DNA of 64,000 nucleotides from Octopus sinensis (taxonomy: Eukaryota), in contig NC_043004.1 in the NCBI RefSeq assembly GCF_006345805.1, positions 56,668,001-56,732,000 of the forward strand, in the 5' to 3' direction. Every line of letters begins with the position of its first letter. The first letter of the stretch is position 1. A program made the translations under genes and the position numbers. This document shows, in pieces, positions 25,231 through 39,578 of the stretch. Below the pieces are notes generated by a model. It was not told the origin of the DNA, ran no database searches, and worked only from the letters and a program-made list of their open reading frames with translations.

Positions 25231-27312
25231 TATATATATATATGTATGTGAGTATAAATATGCATGTTTACAAAGATTCCTTTGTGATTCCGTCAACCCT
25301 AACGCGCTCACAATGCCGATGCTATATTAAAAGAAACTTGACCAAGGTGCTACACAGTTGAACTGAACCTAGAACCATGTGGTTGGGAGGCAAACTTACT
25401 ACCACTTACTTACGTCTATATATATAATGTAATGTACACAGCATTAAAACAAGAGCCAGTAATAGGCTCATGCCATGTGGACACATTAATTCGGTAGATT
25501 TTCGTATAAACTGCCTTTTGCCCCCATGTCATGTAACTACCAGTAGCTATTATTTTTATACTGTGTACATTAAATGATGTCTATCTCTTACTACATGGGT
25601 AACTTCTTTGTTAATCATACCTATAACGCAATAGTTATCTATATATATGTGTGCGTGTGTATTAGACCTATTTCATTAAGCAAACAGTTATGTCTGCTTC
25701 TTCACAAGGAAGTTTTATAAGCAATAATGATTTTAGAAGCCAGTATTTTTCCGAAGAGAATGCTAGAATTTAACAAATTAGATAAAAATAGCAATATTTT
25801 TAGTAGTTATAAATATGCAACTAAAAACAAAGAAGAAACAACACAAAAATTTGTGCAATGGAAATAATATTAAAAGGGAACAGAACGAAAGAGAGTAGGG
25901 AGAGAGAGAGAGAAAGAGAGAGATTCTTCATTATATTACAATCCAAACGTTATGGCTACCATAATTTGTATTTTATATTCAATAAGCTTAATATATATAA
26001 TTTTTAAAATGAAATGCTGTATAAAAATAGTGAACTCTTTAAAAGTGGTCGCTAAAGTTAAACCGTCAGAAACTCTCCGCAGATTTATTGATGTTTGAGA
26101 TTATTGATAAATTCTTTCCATCTTGTTTTCTTCATATTCTACCAGACAATAGACTGAAAAACATGGTTCGTAAGCCTTGGTACTTAATCCAAAATTAGCT
26201 TAAAATTGCCTTACGAATTTCCAGCTCTCAGTGCTTTGAGATTGAATCTGCCTTTCATTCTTACAAGGCGAATAGAATATCGTTCGTTCTTATTTGTGTT
26301 TATTTAATTCCCTTCCTCGAAGAAGTTACCTGTAGTCGACCTTGAGAACTATCGATTCACTTCGCACTTAAAGTATCCAAGGCATACACATACTTACACA
26401 CACTCCACCAATATGTATGTATATATATATATATATATATATATTGACATCCTAAGAATTTACAAACTTATACTTCCAGGGATCGTGAGATTCTTTTTTT
26501 TAGGAATTGGTTCTCTATGTACATATTAAAGATAAAGAATAGCTTGTAAATATTAGGCCAAATAATCATTTTTGGTTAGGAAAAGTCGTAGGTCTCCTAT
26601 GGGGCTCGAATCCACATATGACATGCTCTCTCCAATCGTACCAAAGCAGTCCTTCGGATTACTCTATACATTTTATAATATTTACTCGAACCAACTAGAA
26701 CTGAAGTCGTTGACCTCAGAAGTTATATACTTTCATAAGGCCGTTGAATAATTCTGTTTTTGGATTTGGTTCTTGATGTCCGCATAAAGCTTTAAATAAC
26801 AAACGTGTATCAATCTAATTGTTTTCGTGCAAAGAAGGACAATGATGAAGTTAGATTTCAAATAATCCATTCCAAACTCAGAATAAACTAAATTACTGAT
26901 ATATTATTATTTCCGAAGAAAACAATTATTGATAGTTTTCTATTGGATATTGATATTTATATGAAAACATTTCAAGAACGGGGGACATGAAAATTCAAAC
27001 ATTCGGTCTTAAGTAGTTCACACGTTAAAAAATGAGAAAATACACATGTAGAAGAGTGTTAAATTGGTTTATGTATTTACTACCTCTGTCTATCTGTACA
27101 TGGATACATATGTACAAGTGCCTGTGTGTGTAATGAGAGAGAGGGAGAGAGAGGTGTATATATACATATATATATAAAGGATCGGCTTGAAGAATTATTA
27201 AAACAGTAGGATATGTTTCTACATTTCTTAACATGAAGCCTTCATTCACAAATAAAGGAATTATATCCACCAATGCGATGTTGAGCACTCATTTCCATCG
27301 TTCGATATTTAC

Positions 27313-27357
<45 letters not shown>

Positions 27358-27548
27358 TACATACATATACACAGACAACGATAGGGACAGAAAGGGGGAT
27401 AGAAAGATAGAAAAAGAAAGAGGTGGCACTATTACACCCGCAAATACAAAGCTACATTTGAACATTTTATAATGAAATTGATATTTGCTTACATTCATAT
27501 GCGGGAACAGTGTATATATCTAAATATAATACAGATTTTATATATATA

Positions 27549-27593
<45 letters not shown>

Positions 27594-30139
27594 TGTGTGT
27601 GTTTGTGCGTGTGCATGTTTATGCGTGCGTATATTTGTTTGTGTGTGTGTGTTCGTGTAGATGTTATTAAATATGACCTTCATTAATGGTAGTTGACCGT
27701 AATTTTCATTCATAACAATAAATAAATTCATTAAAACAACAAAAGCTTAAAGCGACGAAAACAACAGAGACTGATTGCAAGGTGAAGTGGTTGAGTGCAT
27801 TTCTCTTCAAATTAATGAGTTCAGCAGGACATATAAAAATACTTATGTTGGCTATATCAATCAATTTGTTTTGTTGCTTGTCAATCAACTTAAAGAAAAT
27901 CACTTGAATGTTTTAGGAAGCAGTTTTAGAAGACTATCTTTTGAAATAATGGCGAAGCGTTTTGACTGATCATAGATACACTTGCCAACTTTGAATACGT
28001 TATAGGTTTTTTTCACACATATTTCATCATAAATCTGTTAAATTTGAGCCAAGAAAGGGTCAGCTGCAATATAAAGAGATTGTTTTCTAAACAATATTTT
28101 GTTTTCTGTATTTATTTAATTATTTGAATATAGTAGATGGCAGAATTGGCACATGATAGAAATGAATTCTTATTTGGCCTTCCGATTTCAAACCTTGCAA
28201 TGGCCTACTTCTTGTTTTAGTACCCCAAACCATTAAATACTTTCCAAACATATTTTGGAGAATATTTAATTGCATACATCTCTTACATACATGCTTCTGG
28301 GACACTACCAAATAATATAAATTATTATGGAAATATTATGGAAGGATGCGATCCGTAAAATTTGTATATTCGCAGCGATGTGTTTCACTTCACTCCTGCC
28401 ATAAATATCCAGAGAAAGCTTTAGATATTATACAACCGTAATACAACTCTGTATAACCTGCTGAATTTCTGTGAAATTAATAAATCATTACTAGACTTCT
28501 CGTGACCTGGGAAGTCTGAGCTTCCCAGCAACGGAATTTTAGAAGTCTATCTTTTGAAATATTGGCGAAGCGTTTTGACTGAAGATAGATACAATTTCCA
28601 GCTTTGAATGCGTTATACGTTTTTAACACATATTTCATCATATGGAAAAAATATTTCACACCGAGCTTACGAAAGTGTCTTTCACGAAATATTTAGTCAT
28701 TTACACTTTAAAATACCTTTTAAATATGCCCCAAAATTTGTAATTGTATTCCCTTGAAAATAACTAAAAAAACATTAAAATATTGTATGCTTTAAGAAAG
28801 CTAAAATATAAATACTTACTGTACAAACAACTTACATTCTTGAAATCACATTCACTTAAAAATATTTCTAAATGATTAAAATATTGTGTACATCAAAAAG
28901 ACGACGTTTTTTTCTTAGAGTGTGATAGAGAGACACAAAGAGAGAGAGAGAGAGAGCAAGCGAGCGAAGACTATGTGTTTGTAAATATACGTGTGTTTGT
29001 GGCACACGTACGACATTCATTATATGGGCTTGCATTCTGTGTGTATATGTCTGTTGACGTCACGGAAGACGTTTTTTTTTCAAGAAACAACAAGCAGAAA
29101 TTGTGTTTAATCTTTCACATAAATACATAGAGGTCCAAATATAACAAAATTTCATACCTTACTGCATAAAGTATGAAAATATATATGTAAAAAATTAAGA
29201 TAAAATATACTATTTCTGAGATATTTCGGGAACAAACGAACATCTAGCGTTTTAGTATTATTGTTAAAAACTAGATGACCTTATATTTTTGGCAATTTTG
29301 GCCTAAATGTTTATGTACGTTGAGTCTCGCCGCCCGAGCCGTTGTAACTTTTCTTTTATTCGAGATTGTTTGGAAGCCACCAGTCTTCTCTTATATATAA
29401 ATTAATATATGTTTTCTAAAGATTAACATGTAATAGATATCTTTGACAAATAACTCTGTAATTCAGTATTTATCTTCAGTTGAATCAATTTGCTTCATTT
29501 TTTTATGTCGTATGACTGTTTTATTTTGCCAATGAAAATTCACTTTCATTTACTGAGTAAATGTTAATTTTCTCATCGAATCTCAGTTGCAACTCATTTT
29601 CTTTTCCAAATACAAACATTATATAACTAAAATAAAAAGATATGTACTAAACATTATATGAAGAAGTTTTGCTGCGCAAAATATAATGACAGCTTCGTAA
29701 TTACCCTGTAAAACAACAACGATAATAACAACAATATTGATGAAACATTATAACCATTGTTTTTCAAATAGAAACTCTTACTAAACTAAACAGTTATTTT
29801 AGACAATTTGTCTATATAGCAGACAAAATTGTGGTTATTTGTCTTTCAAACGATGTATTTTATTCCGAGGTGAAACGTCGGAAATTTGTTCTGAAACATT
29901 TATAAAAAAATCCGTCTTGTTGCAAGTCATTACATGTAGTTACGTGTGTTTTATCTTGAGATGATCGGGAAAAAGAGTGAGTTAATTATTTGAAACTACA
30001 AGTAATTTATAGTCTCTTCTTTTTCTCATTTAAGTAATTTAGCATATATGTATGCTTTTTTATATTCCAAACCTACAAGCACGGTGATTATGGCCCCCTA
30101 CCATCCTTCTCGATACAAAAGTTACAACATTATAGGTAT

Positions 30140-30380
30140 GTCTTTCTAAAGCCAACTAGCCAGGCCCATCAAGAATCTTCTATCTATCTCTCTCTTTCCT
30201 GTGTTCTTTTCAATTCCATGGTTGTCAAATAACGTAACACCTGTTCCCTTTGTTTTTCCTAATTACGTTGCTAATCTAGGGACTTCGGAATCTGTTACTT
30301 TTTCTGCCCAGTACATTCTTAGCGTTTGTCTAAGTAAGCGTTGACGCATCTCTACAATATTGCTATGCTTTTGCACTTGT
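30140..30380 (-). mobile_element. Probable RTE-type LINE 3' remnant (very decayed)
   Basis: Broken-frame motifs MYWAEK/TDSEV, HGIEKNTGK, RFLMGLASWL resemble the RTE ORF C-terminus. Confidence 0.35.
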
Positions 30381-30499
30381 AGTTGTTCTAGAATAGACAA
30401 CCAATGTATTTACCAAAGTCAATTACTTCGACTCTAGTACTAAACTAGCATTTAATTTGTTGACCACTTTCGGCTGAGAGGACGAATTTAAAAGTGCAA

Positions 30500-30745
30500 A
30501 GTTGCCTTCGCGTGTCATGTCGACTCATACGAGCTGGTTGCCCGGTTTCCATGGTGTATATATTCCCCACCTGTGACGCCGGCTTGTCACTTGATTACTC
30601 ATTTTTGCCAGCTAAGTGAACAGGAGCAACATGAAATGAAGTGTTTTGTTCAAAAACACAACGCGTCACCTGGGCCAGGAATCGAAACCACAATCTTACG
30701 ATCATGTGTCCGACACTCGAAGCACCAATCCACACGCCTCCACTA
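30500..30745 (-). mobile_element. tRNA-headed SINE (type D), diverged
   Basis: Minus strand GGAGGCGTGTGG..GGTTTCGATTCCTGG head like family C, then gtgtttttgaacaaaacacttcatttcatgttgctcc core and gaaaccggg tail. Confidence 0.7.
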
Positions 30746-31276
30746 CATGTTGGTGGTGATGTGTGCCTGTGGGTGGGCGGTGAAGTCGATAAAATAAGAG
30801 TGTAAAGATGGATAGAATACTGCTAACCATTTTACACCGCATGCTATCTTTTCTGCAAGCTCATCGCCTTGAACGTTGGAATATAATATTCTAACAATGT
30901 CCCATATGAGTATTAAAAAAGTCTATATCATTTAAGACCCTAAGCCTCGGGAGCCCCGATGTATTCCGAAATTGAAATCATATAGCTAAGGTCTGAAAGA
31001 ATCACTGCACACACTAAAAACCTTTCGTGGTGATAATACCAACCTCCTGAATACAAAATCTCGGCAAAATCACAACCCTGCTTCATTCTGTATTTTTGCT
31101 TGTGATGGTCTTTGGATTGTGAACATTCTGAGTCATTGCCTTGCATCATGTGGCCGAACAAATCTTATGATTTTTAAAGTGTGGTACGTATTATATCGAA
31201 ACGCGGACGTAAAACATCAGTAACGGTTGTGAAGCGGTGGTGTAGTACAAAAACAAGTATAGACAAACACACACAT

Positions 31277-31670
31277 AGGCGTAGGAGTAGCTGTGTGGTA
31301 AGTAGCTTGCCTACCAACCACCTGGTTCCGGGTTCAATTCCACTGCGTGGCATCTTGGGCAAGTGTCTTCTACTATAGCCTCGGGCCGACCAAAGCCTTG
31401 TGAGTGGATTTGGTAGATGGAAACTGAAAGAAGCCCGTCATATATATGTGTGTGTGTGTGTATGTTTGTGTGTCTGTGTTTGTCCCCCTAGCATTGCTTG
31501 ACAACCGATTGTGGTGTGTTTATGTTCCCGTAACTTAGCGGTTCGGCAAAAAGAGACCGATAGAATAAGTACTAGGTTTACAAAGAATAAGTCCCGGGGT
31601 CGGTTTGCTCGACTAAAGGCGGTGCTCCAGCATGGCCGCAGTCAACTGACTGAAACAAGTAAAAGAAAGA
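31277..31670 (+). mobile_element. SINE family A, full length
   Basis: A box TAGCTGTGTGG, B box GGTTCAATTCC, central TG repeat, GAAACAAGTAAAAG tail. Confidence 0.92.
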
Positions 31671-32660
31671 AAAAAAGAATATATATACATTTCTACTCAT
31701 ACATATATAGCGGACGCATTTCTGTTTTCTTTACTAAATCCACTCTCAAATTTTAGAGGTCGCATTGGGAGACACATGCCAAAAGTTTGACGTTGCCTTG
31801 TGAGACTGAACACCAAACCATGTGGTTGGGAATCAAACTTCTTACCACGACAGTTATGCCTCCAGAAATGCAATGGAAATTATCATTTAGAGGCATATCA
31901 CTCACTACTATGGATACTCTCAGATGTTTTAAAGTAAATGTTGACATGAATAGCTTTCACATTCCGCTCTCTACATCACAACATGAAGTTAGATTACTAT
32001 ATTCAATTATTACATTATTCACTAATGCTTCATAAAAAATATGTATACAACGACTTCAACCATATTCACACACATTATAAAAAAATCCTTCAGAAATATT
32101 ATTGCAGCTACAAAAGTGTTATGGTCTGCTTTGAAGAATTGCGAAATGTGCAGAAAATCAGTGAGTTATTGAAAGTAATATCAATGTAGAGAGAATATTA
32201 AGTATTAAAAAATAACAACAGAGAGAGAAAGAGAAAGGGAGAGAAATAGGGAGAGAGAGAGAGAGAGAAACTCATGTGTCTATTCTTTAGCGTGTCGGGT
32301 CCACGTTTTTGATAATGGAATAACCACAAGATTAAAGATATAGTAGAATTCAGGTATGTTTGACGGTGAGTTGAAATGAATGCTAGGGATACGTTCCTAG
32401 AGTATTGAAAATATCTACTGGTACTCATTCAACCGGGGAATTGGCTCTTTATTGTGGGTTCGGCCTTATATATATATTTTTTATCTGAAAGGCTGATTTA
32501 TTTGCAGGTCACTCAGTATTAATGGTATCTTCATCGTCTTGGTGACAGAAAAATTACTTCTGGCATTAATTTCCACTCTACGATCTCACTTAATATCTAC
32601 CAAATTTAAATTTAAATTCAATATCTTCGGCGTCGAGAAAATAACCTCCGGTGAATTGCT

Positions 32661-32872
32661 TTCAAATTTTGTCACAAGGCCAGCAATTTCAGGACAGAGG
32701 GAAAGTCGATTATATCAACTCCAGTGTTCAGCCGGTAATTATTTTATGGGCCCCAAGAAGATGAAATGCAAAGTCGAGCTCGACTGAATTTGAACTGAGA
32801 ATGTAAAGACGGACGTAATGCTGCTTAGCATTTTGTCCGGCCTTCTTAACGATTCTGCTAAGTCGCTGCCTT
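32661..32872 (-). mobile_element. SINE family B copy (diverged)
   Basis: Reverse similarity to 25000-25230. Confidence 0.7.
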
Positions 32873-33972
32873 AAAACTGTCAGTCAATTAATGGGTGAAA
32901 TTTAATTGACTGACTTGTCTTCTAATTTTGTGCTTTTTTTTTTTTGCTTATGTTAAGTAGAATAATCGTTTTTGTAAACCCATACTTGCATTTTACTCTT
33001 TTTTAAAAACAAATACAAATAATCTTTAGACTCAAGAAATGTGATTGTCACCTACATCACATAGTCTTTGAAATTGCTTTTCACAAAATTCTTTAGGCAT
33101 AGTTGACTGTCCATAGAAAATTCACTCCATATGCCCACGCATCAGTATCTAGCTTATATAAAGTATCTAGTTATGCTTCTCTCTTTGTATATATTTACTA
33201 AATTATTTCTTATCTCCATCAATGATCTGCTTCCTGTTATTCGCATCAAAATACTTCCGAGAGTAGTAAATACAAATCTTCACACATTATTGAAGCTTAG
33301 GAGACCTGTAATATGATTACGAAACTTATGAACCTGAATTTTATCTAGCGTTACAATACAAACGTTGGGATAACACTCCAACCCGTCTTCTCAAGGCCAA
33401 ATTCAAAGCAACCGTGGAAAATTCTATTAAGCTTTTACACAGTATATGTTCGTTGAACAGTAGATTACTGTTTTTAAATGTAAGACCGAGACCCTACTAC
33501 ATATATTCGATACAGATCTCTCCCAAGAAAATACACCCGGTTACTTATATTAATGCTTCAAAAATGATCATTTTACATGCTCTACAGTAATATATAGAAC
33601 GTAAATCATTCTATATATTACTGATATAACTTATAATCTGGGATAAACATGTATTTTTACTATACCAATGCCTGAGCGAGCATACGCAATTTGTTTATGT
33701 AAGTATTATGTGGAGTATATATTTTGTTATTGATGCACAACAATATCCTGCCCTTCTTTGTAATGATAAAAGATCGTGTTAAGGCACCACAGTAAAATTA
33801 ACAATCTTACTAAATATATTTCAGTCAGTTATTTATCTTGAATGAAGGATGAAGTACGAACTTACTTTAAAACACTTTCGATAAAAAGAACCGCTTGGCT
33901 CCTTGTTTCTAAATGAATTTACGAAATATAAAATAAGCAATACTTAATCAGTTTAGGCGCAGTAGTGGATAT

Positions 33973-34390
33973 AGGCGCAGGAGTGGCTGTGTGGTAAGTA
34001 GCTTGCTAGCCAACCACATGGTTCCGGGTTCAGTCCTACTGCGTGGCATCTTGGGCAAGTGACTTCTGCTATAGCCCCGGGCCGACCAATGCCTTGTGAG
34101 TGGATTTGGTAGACGGAAACTGAATGAAGCCTGTCGTATATATGTGTGTATATATATGTATGTGTGTGTGTGTGTTTGTGTGTCTGTGTTTGTCCCGCTA
34201 GCATTGCTTGACAACCGATGCTGGTGTGTTTACGTCCCCGTAACTTAGCGGTTCGGCAAAAGAGACTGATAGAATAAGTACTGGGCTTACAAAGAATAAG
34301 TCCCGGGGTCGATTTGCTCGACTAAAGGCGGTGCTCCAGCATGGCCGCAGTCAAATGACTGAAACAAGTAAAAGAGAGTAAAAGAGAGTG
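33973..34390 (+). mobile_element. SINE family A, full length
   Basis: AGGCGCAGGAGTGGCTGTGTGG head, GGTTCAGTCC B box, internal TA/TG repeat, AAAAGAGAGT tail. Confidence 0.95.
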
Positions 34391-35529
34391 AAAATAGCTA
34401 AAATAGTGAAAGGGCATTATTAACCCCCATTGGGCAAGTTTGACCAAGTAAATGCACACGTATGCTTAGGTGTTGATAAGGATTTTTCTGGCAGTCTGTT
34501 AGCTGCTCGTACATGCATATCTGCCCGCACTAATTCAAAGAAAGGCAACCTAGGGTTGATACAGCTTGGGGAAAATACCATTCCATGCATTATTTACTAT
34601 TAGTAAGCAAACAGTAGGAATAATCACCGGAAAGGGCACGTTCAGCACTTTAATATCTCCACTAATCCACAGATTTTAGCTAGTACCTTTTTAGTGACTG
34701 AAATATATTGATCACAGCAATGTTTCAACACTGCTTGCAGAGAGTTGGACCTAACACCAGCTCTCTTAAGTTATATCCACTACAGAAATTGAACGAACTG
34801 AGTTAAAGAATTAAACGCGAATGCAGTCAAGGTCATACCAAATAAATTCTTATTATATTAATATGTTGCAATTAGCAGAAGGTAGCAAACAAAATCCTAA
34901 CAGAATTTGTGTGCAGTAGCGAATTAGAAAATAAAGGGGAGACAATCTCGATAAATTAAGAGACATTGAAAATATCTCACTTTGTGCCTGAATCGCTAAC
35001 GAAAGCTGCTCATTATATTTTTTTTCTCATCTAAGAGAAAAATTTTTATAAGAAAATTCCCATTATGATTTTCGTTTCTTCCGTACATCATTGAACACAT
35101 TCAAACACACTTGATTTGCTAAATCTATAATTTGATAAATATTTTCCATTTGTTAGCTTTTGTTTTATTATTTAAAAATGAAAGCTTTCTTTTGCTATCA
35201 CATTGTTCTACTCATTAATATCAATTATTGCATTGTTATTCTCATTAATATCAATATATCGAAGTGAAGCACTTTAGTTTCAGTGGATATTTGCTGCACA
35301 TGATTATTACTTTCAGCCTTCTGATATTCTAATCCTAATCATTATATATATAGGACATGGTAATCATTCATTTTCGATAAACGCCAACGTTTATTGTTTT
35401 GCATGAATCTATGTTTGAGAACACACGAGTCGTTTAGACGGTATGGAACATTTCATATCTTCATATTTTATGTTATACATGAATAGTAATATTTATTCCA
35501 TTCTCATCACCATCATCTTTATCTTCATT

Positions 35530-35530
35530 T

Positions 35531-35622
<92 letters not shown>

Positions 35623-35625
35623 ATT
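35530..35625. repeat. (ATT)n microsatellite
   Basis: Direct sequence. Confidence 0.95.
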
Positions 35626-35633
35626 ATAATATG

Positions 35634-35843
35634 AAGGTGACGAGCTGCCAGAATCGGTAGCACGGCGAGGGAGAAATGCTAAGCGGTATTTCATCTGCTG
35701 ATACGTTCTGAGTTCAAATTTTGCTGAGATCGACTTTGCATTTCATCCTTTCGGGGTCGATATATTAAGTACCAGTTGAGTACTGCGGTCGATGTAGTCG
35801 AATATCTCCCTATAATTTCAGGCCTTGTGCCTGTGGTAGAAAA
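35634..35843 (+). mobile_element. SINE family B copy within (ATT)n
   Basis: aaggtgacgagctgccagaatcgg..gagttcaaattttgc..tttcatcctttcggggtcgat. Confidence 0.85.
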
Positions 35844-35898
<55 letters not shown>

Positions 35899-36399
35899 GT
35901 TATTATTATTATTATTATTCTGATTATTATTAACGGTTTCTGACGACAGTTACATGACAGAATTGATAGGACATTCTCTTTTGCTTTGACGATTTTACGC
36001 CCTTCAAATTCCTTTGGCCTAGTGTCTAATAGTAATAAATGCCTTTCTAATAAATAAATTTTGGAAAGAAAATTCCATGATTGAAGTATAATTAAACGCT
36101 TTTAGGTTAGTCATTAATAAACAAGTATATTTCATTTCACATTATGGTATAATTAATTTAGTATCAGAGAGTGTTGTTCTTACAAAATCGCTTTCATTCT
36201 TCACATATATTGTCTAACAATTTTATCAAGCACTTGCAATTTAAACTCACACACCAACTCCACACATACTTCATTAACAGACACCTAGAAAATATCTTAA
36301 TATGGTCATATAGCAATCTTTCTGTCAACAGTAAAAAATACAAAGTTTACTTATAACGACATCACAACACAAATATTTTGAATAACAATTAACAAAACT

Positions 36400-37000
36400 C
36401 CTGACACTTTTTCCGCTATCACGGCTCATTATCACCGAGGATCGTTTCTGGTAGAAGCAGATTCTTAACATAGACTTAGATCGCGCTCATCGACTGCCCT
36501 TCTTTTCAGGGCCAAAATATATTCATCCTCACTAAATTATTGACGCAACATAAGCTCAGACAAGACCTACAGAGGAGTACTACTTTCACACCTAGGGAAA
36601 TTTTGTTGCCAGAAAAATACACTATAACTTAGAAAAGGACTACGTGATCAATTGACATAATGACACTCGCAGACACGCTTCAGCTGCAGGTCCACAGGCA
36701 CAATGTTTCCCGTCACTGCTTTTTCTTTTACCTTTAATCTGCTAGCTTCTGCTTTTTAGAATTAACTGGACTTATAGCAATTTCTCATTTTCACGACACA
36801 ATCATCTCACATCTTCCCGTGCTTCTTGACGTATCGAACCTTGATAGGCTCCGCATTAATAACTACGCCTAGCTCATTATTCACCGAGTATCCGCCCACT
36901 GGAATTCTATCCGTGCACACATCTTAGATTCCAGTGTTGAGTTATTCAGGTTCTTGAGAAGCATCAATGATATCAAACTTAACAGTCTCGGAGGGTCTGC
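36400..37000 (+). mobile_element. Possible decayed LINE APE-endonuclease region
   Basis: Scattered motifs KDYVI, ISHLPVLL, AHWNSIRAHIL in broken frames; weak. Confidence 0.3.
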
Positions 37001-37071
37001 GCAGGGAAAAGTTACTGCCTATTACTGCATGCCCAGCTACTTGAAGCCGAACACACACACATTCACCCACA

Positions 37072-37344
<273 letters not shown>

Positions 37345-37630
37345 CTTTACTCTCTTTCTCTCTTTTACTTGTTTCAGTCATTTGACTGCGGCCATGCTGG
37401 AGCACCGCCTTTAGTCGAGAAAATCGACCCCGGGACTTATTCTTTGTAAGCCCAATACTTATTCAATCGGTCTATTTTGCCGAACCGGGGACGTAAACAC
37501 ACCAGCATTGGGTTGTCAAGCAATGCTAGGGGGACAAACACAGACACACAAACACATACACACACATATATATACATATATACATATATACGACAGGCTT
37601 CTTTCAGTTTCCGTCTACCAAATCCACTCA
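37345..37630 (-). mobile_element. SINE family A, 5'-truncated
   Basis: Tail and core match family A; stops at aaatccactca. Confidence 0.9.
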
Positions 37631-37699
37631 CACACACACATATATATATATGCGTATAAGTATGTATGCATATATGCAAACACCCATACATATACATAA

Positions 37700-37730
<31 letters not shown>

Positions 37731-38799
37731 TGTATAATTCTACAGACCAAATATTATACCATCTCCACTATAATTTTTGAAGATTCAAAAATATTGCAAA
37801 GAAATGTATTTTGTGGTACTCTTAAACTTCCAGCTATCTTAAATTCTTCAAAATAACCGTGGCATTGCCAAGAGTATTATTAGTGAAACATAATTTGAAT
37901 TATAAAACGGCAAACATCGACCGGTGACAGGAAAACTCGAACGCTCATATAAAATCTTTACGTTTCACTATAATATTTTAATATAGATTACTATGGTAAC
38001 CAACATTGATACGAACGATTAATGTGTTCACATGTTTAAACAGTCTACAGATATCACATGCTTGATGTGTTTTTATACAGTTGAACAATAACATTGCATT
38101 GATAGCATGAAAATAGCTACCCAGTATCTAATTGAAGCATTTGTCAATGCACAACGTTATTATATCGAATGTATCATAGAAAAAGCTACACGAAGAAAGC
38201 AAGCGGTAATAAAGAATGTAAAAAAAGTATAATAAATGAATTACAAGTAAAACAAAAATCAAACATGAATGTTGGAAACCAACGTGAATTATTGATGCTC
38301 ACAATATGTCATGCTGATTCGAATCTATTCAAGTCATTTCTGCCTTCGGGAGATCACATATTCTATAGGAAATGTGGAAAGTTTTGAAAATGGGAGCATA
38401 AATACGAGATAATATATGAAAATCATTATAGATGTTAAAATTCACGATTTCTCCCTGTTATTTATATTACCATTACATTATGTTAAAATGTAATAGAAGT
38501 ATCGAAGAAACTCATTTAATGTAATCCAGAGTATAGTTGATTCTATATGTATGAGTGTCCTACATTTTTTAAAGTTCAAATGCCGGCAGAATGAAATTTA
38601 TTTTCTGTCTAATGGTATTAAACAAGAAAAAAGATATGCCTTAGTTTTAATTAAGAATCCATAATGAATTCAAAATTATTTTGCCCATTTATGAGAAGTA
38701 ATTTGAAATTCCATTAAGTTTCCTTCACACTGGCTGTCCCTATATAGAAATAAGTATCTTAGAATTGGGGGTTCACTGATGGCAATATTCACTGATCGT

Positions 38800-39014
38800 A
38801 AGGTGGCGAGCCACCAAAGTCGTTAGCATGCCGGGCTAACTGCTTAACAGCATTTTTGTGGTCTTCACATTCTGAGTTTAAATTCCACCGAGGTCGACTT
38901 GGACATTTATCTTTTCGGGGTCGATAAGATAATTACTAGTTGAGTACTGGCGTCGATGAAATCAACTATTTCCCTTCCCCTTTAACTTCTGGCTTTGTGA
39001 CAAAATTTGAAATT
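38800..39014 (+). mobile_element. SINE family B copy (diverged)
   Basis: aaggtggcgag..ctgagtttaaattccaccgaggtcgac..ttcggggtcgat. Confidence 0.75.
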
Positions 39015-39202
39015 AATATTCTTTCATCGTCATTAGCGACCATTATGTAAACGTAAAGATGACAACACAATACTGAATGCGAGATTCTTAACGTATTGCA
39101 GATTCCAAACTCAGCAATACAGACATACACATGCCCAAACACATACACACGATGTAAACTATTTGTCGATTACTATGCAATAATGCGATTCTATATACAC
39201 AT

Positions 39203-39480
39203 ACGGAGGCGCAATGGCCCAGTGGTTAGAGCAGCGGACTCGCGGTTTCGATTCCCAGACCCGGCATTGTGTGTGTTTATTGAGCGAAAACACCTAAAAG
39301 CTCCACGAGGCTCCGGCAGAGGGTGGGGGCGACCCCTGTTGTACTCTTTCGCCACTACTTTCTCTCACTCTCTCTCTTCCTGTTTCTTGAGTAACGCTGC
39401 AATGGACTGGCGTCCAGCTGGGGGAACATATAGAAACCGAGAAACCGGGCCCATGAGCCTGCCTAGGCTTGAAAAGGGCG
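39203..39480 (+). mobile_element. SINE with the family C head/body and a different 3' half
   Basis: Near-identical to 13945-14135 up to ctttctctcactct, then ctgcaatggactggcgtcc..gaaaccgggcccatgagcc instead of the C tail. Confidence 0.85.
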
Positions 39481-39507
39481 ACAACTATCGTTTTATATAT
39501 ATATATA

Positions 39508-39578
39508 TAAAACATTATTGGTGAATTGAAGAAATGGAGCTGAACGCTCCATTTCTTCAATTCACCAATAATGTTTTA
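39508..39578. repeat. Perfect 33-bp inverted repeat with a 5-nt loop
   Basis: taaaacattattggtgaattgaagaaatggagc-TGAAC-gctccatttcttcaattcaccaataatgtttta. Confidence 0.97.

Noticed and set aside
29862-29885. TTCC..GAAACGTC-GGAA
   Set aside because: Lacks CUGANGA and stem II.
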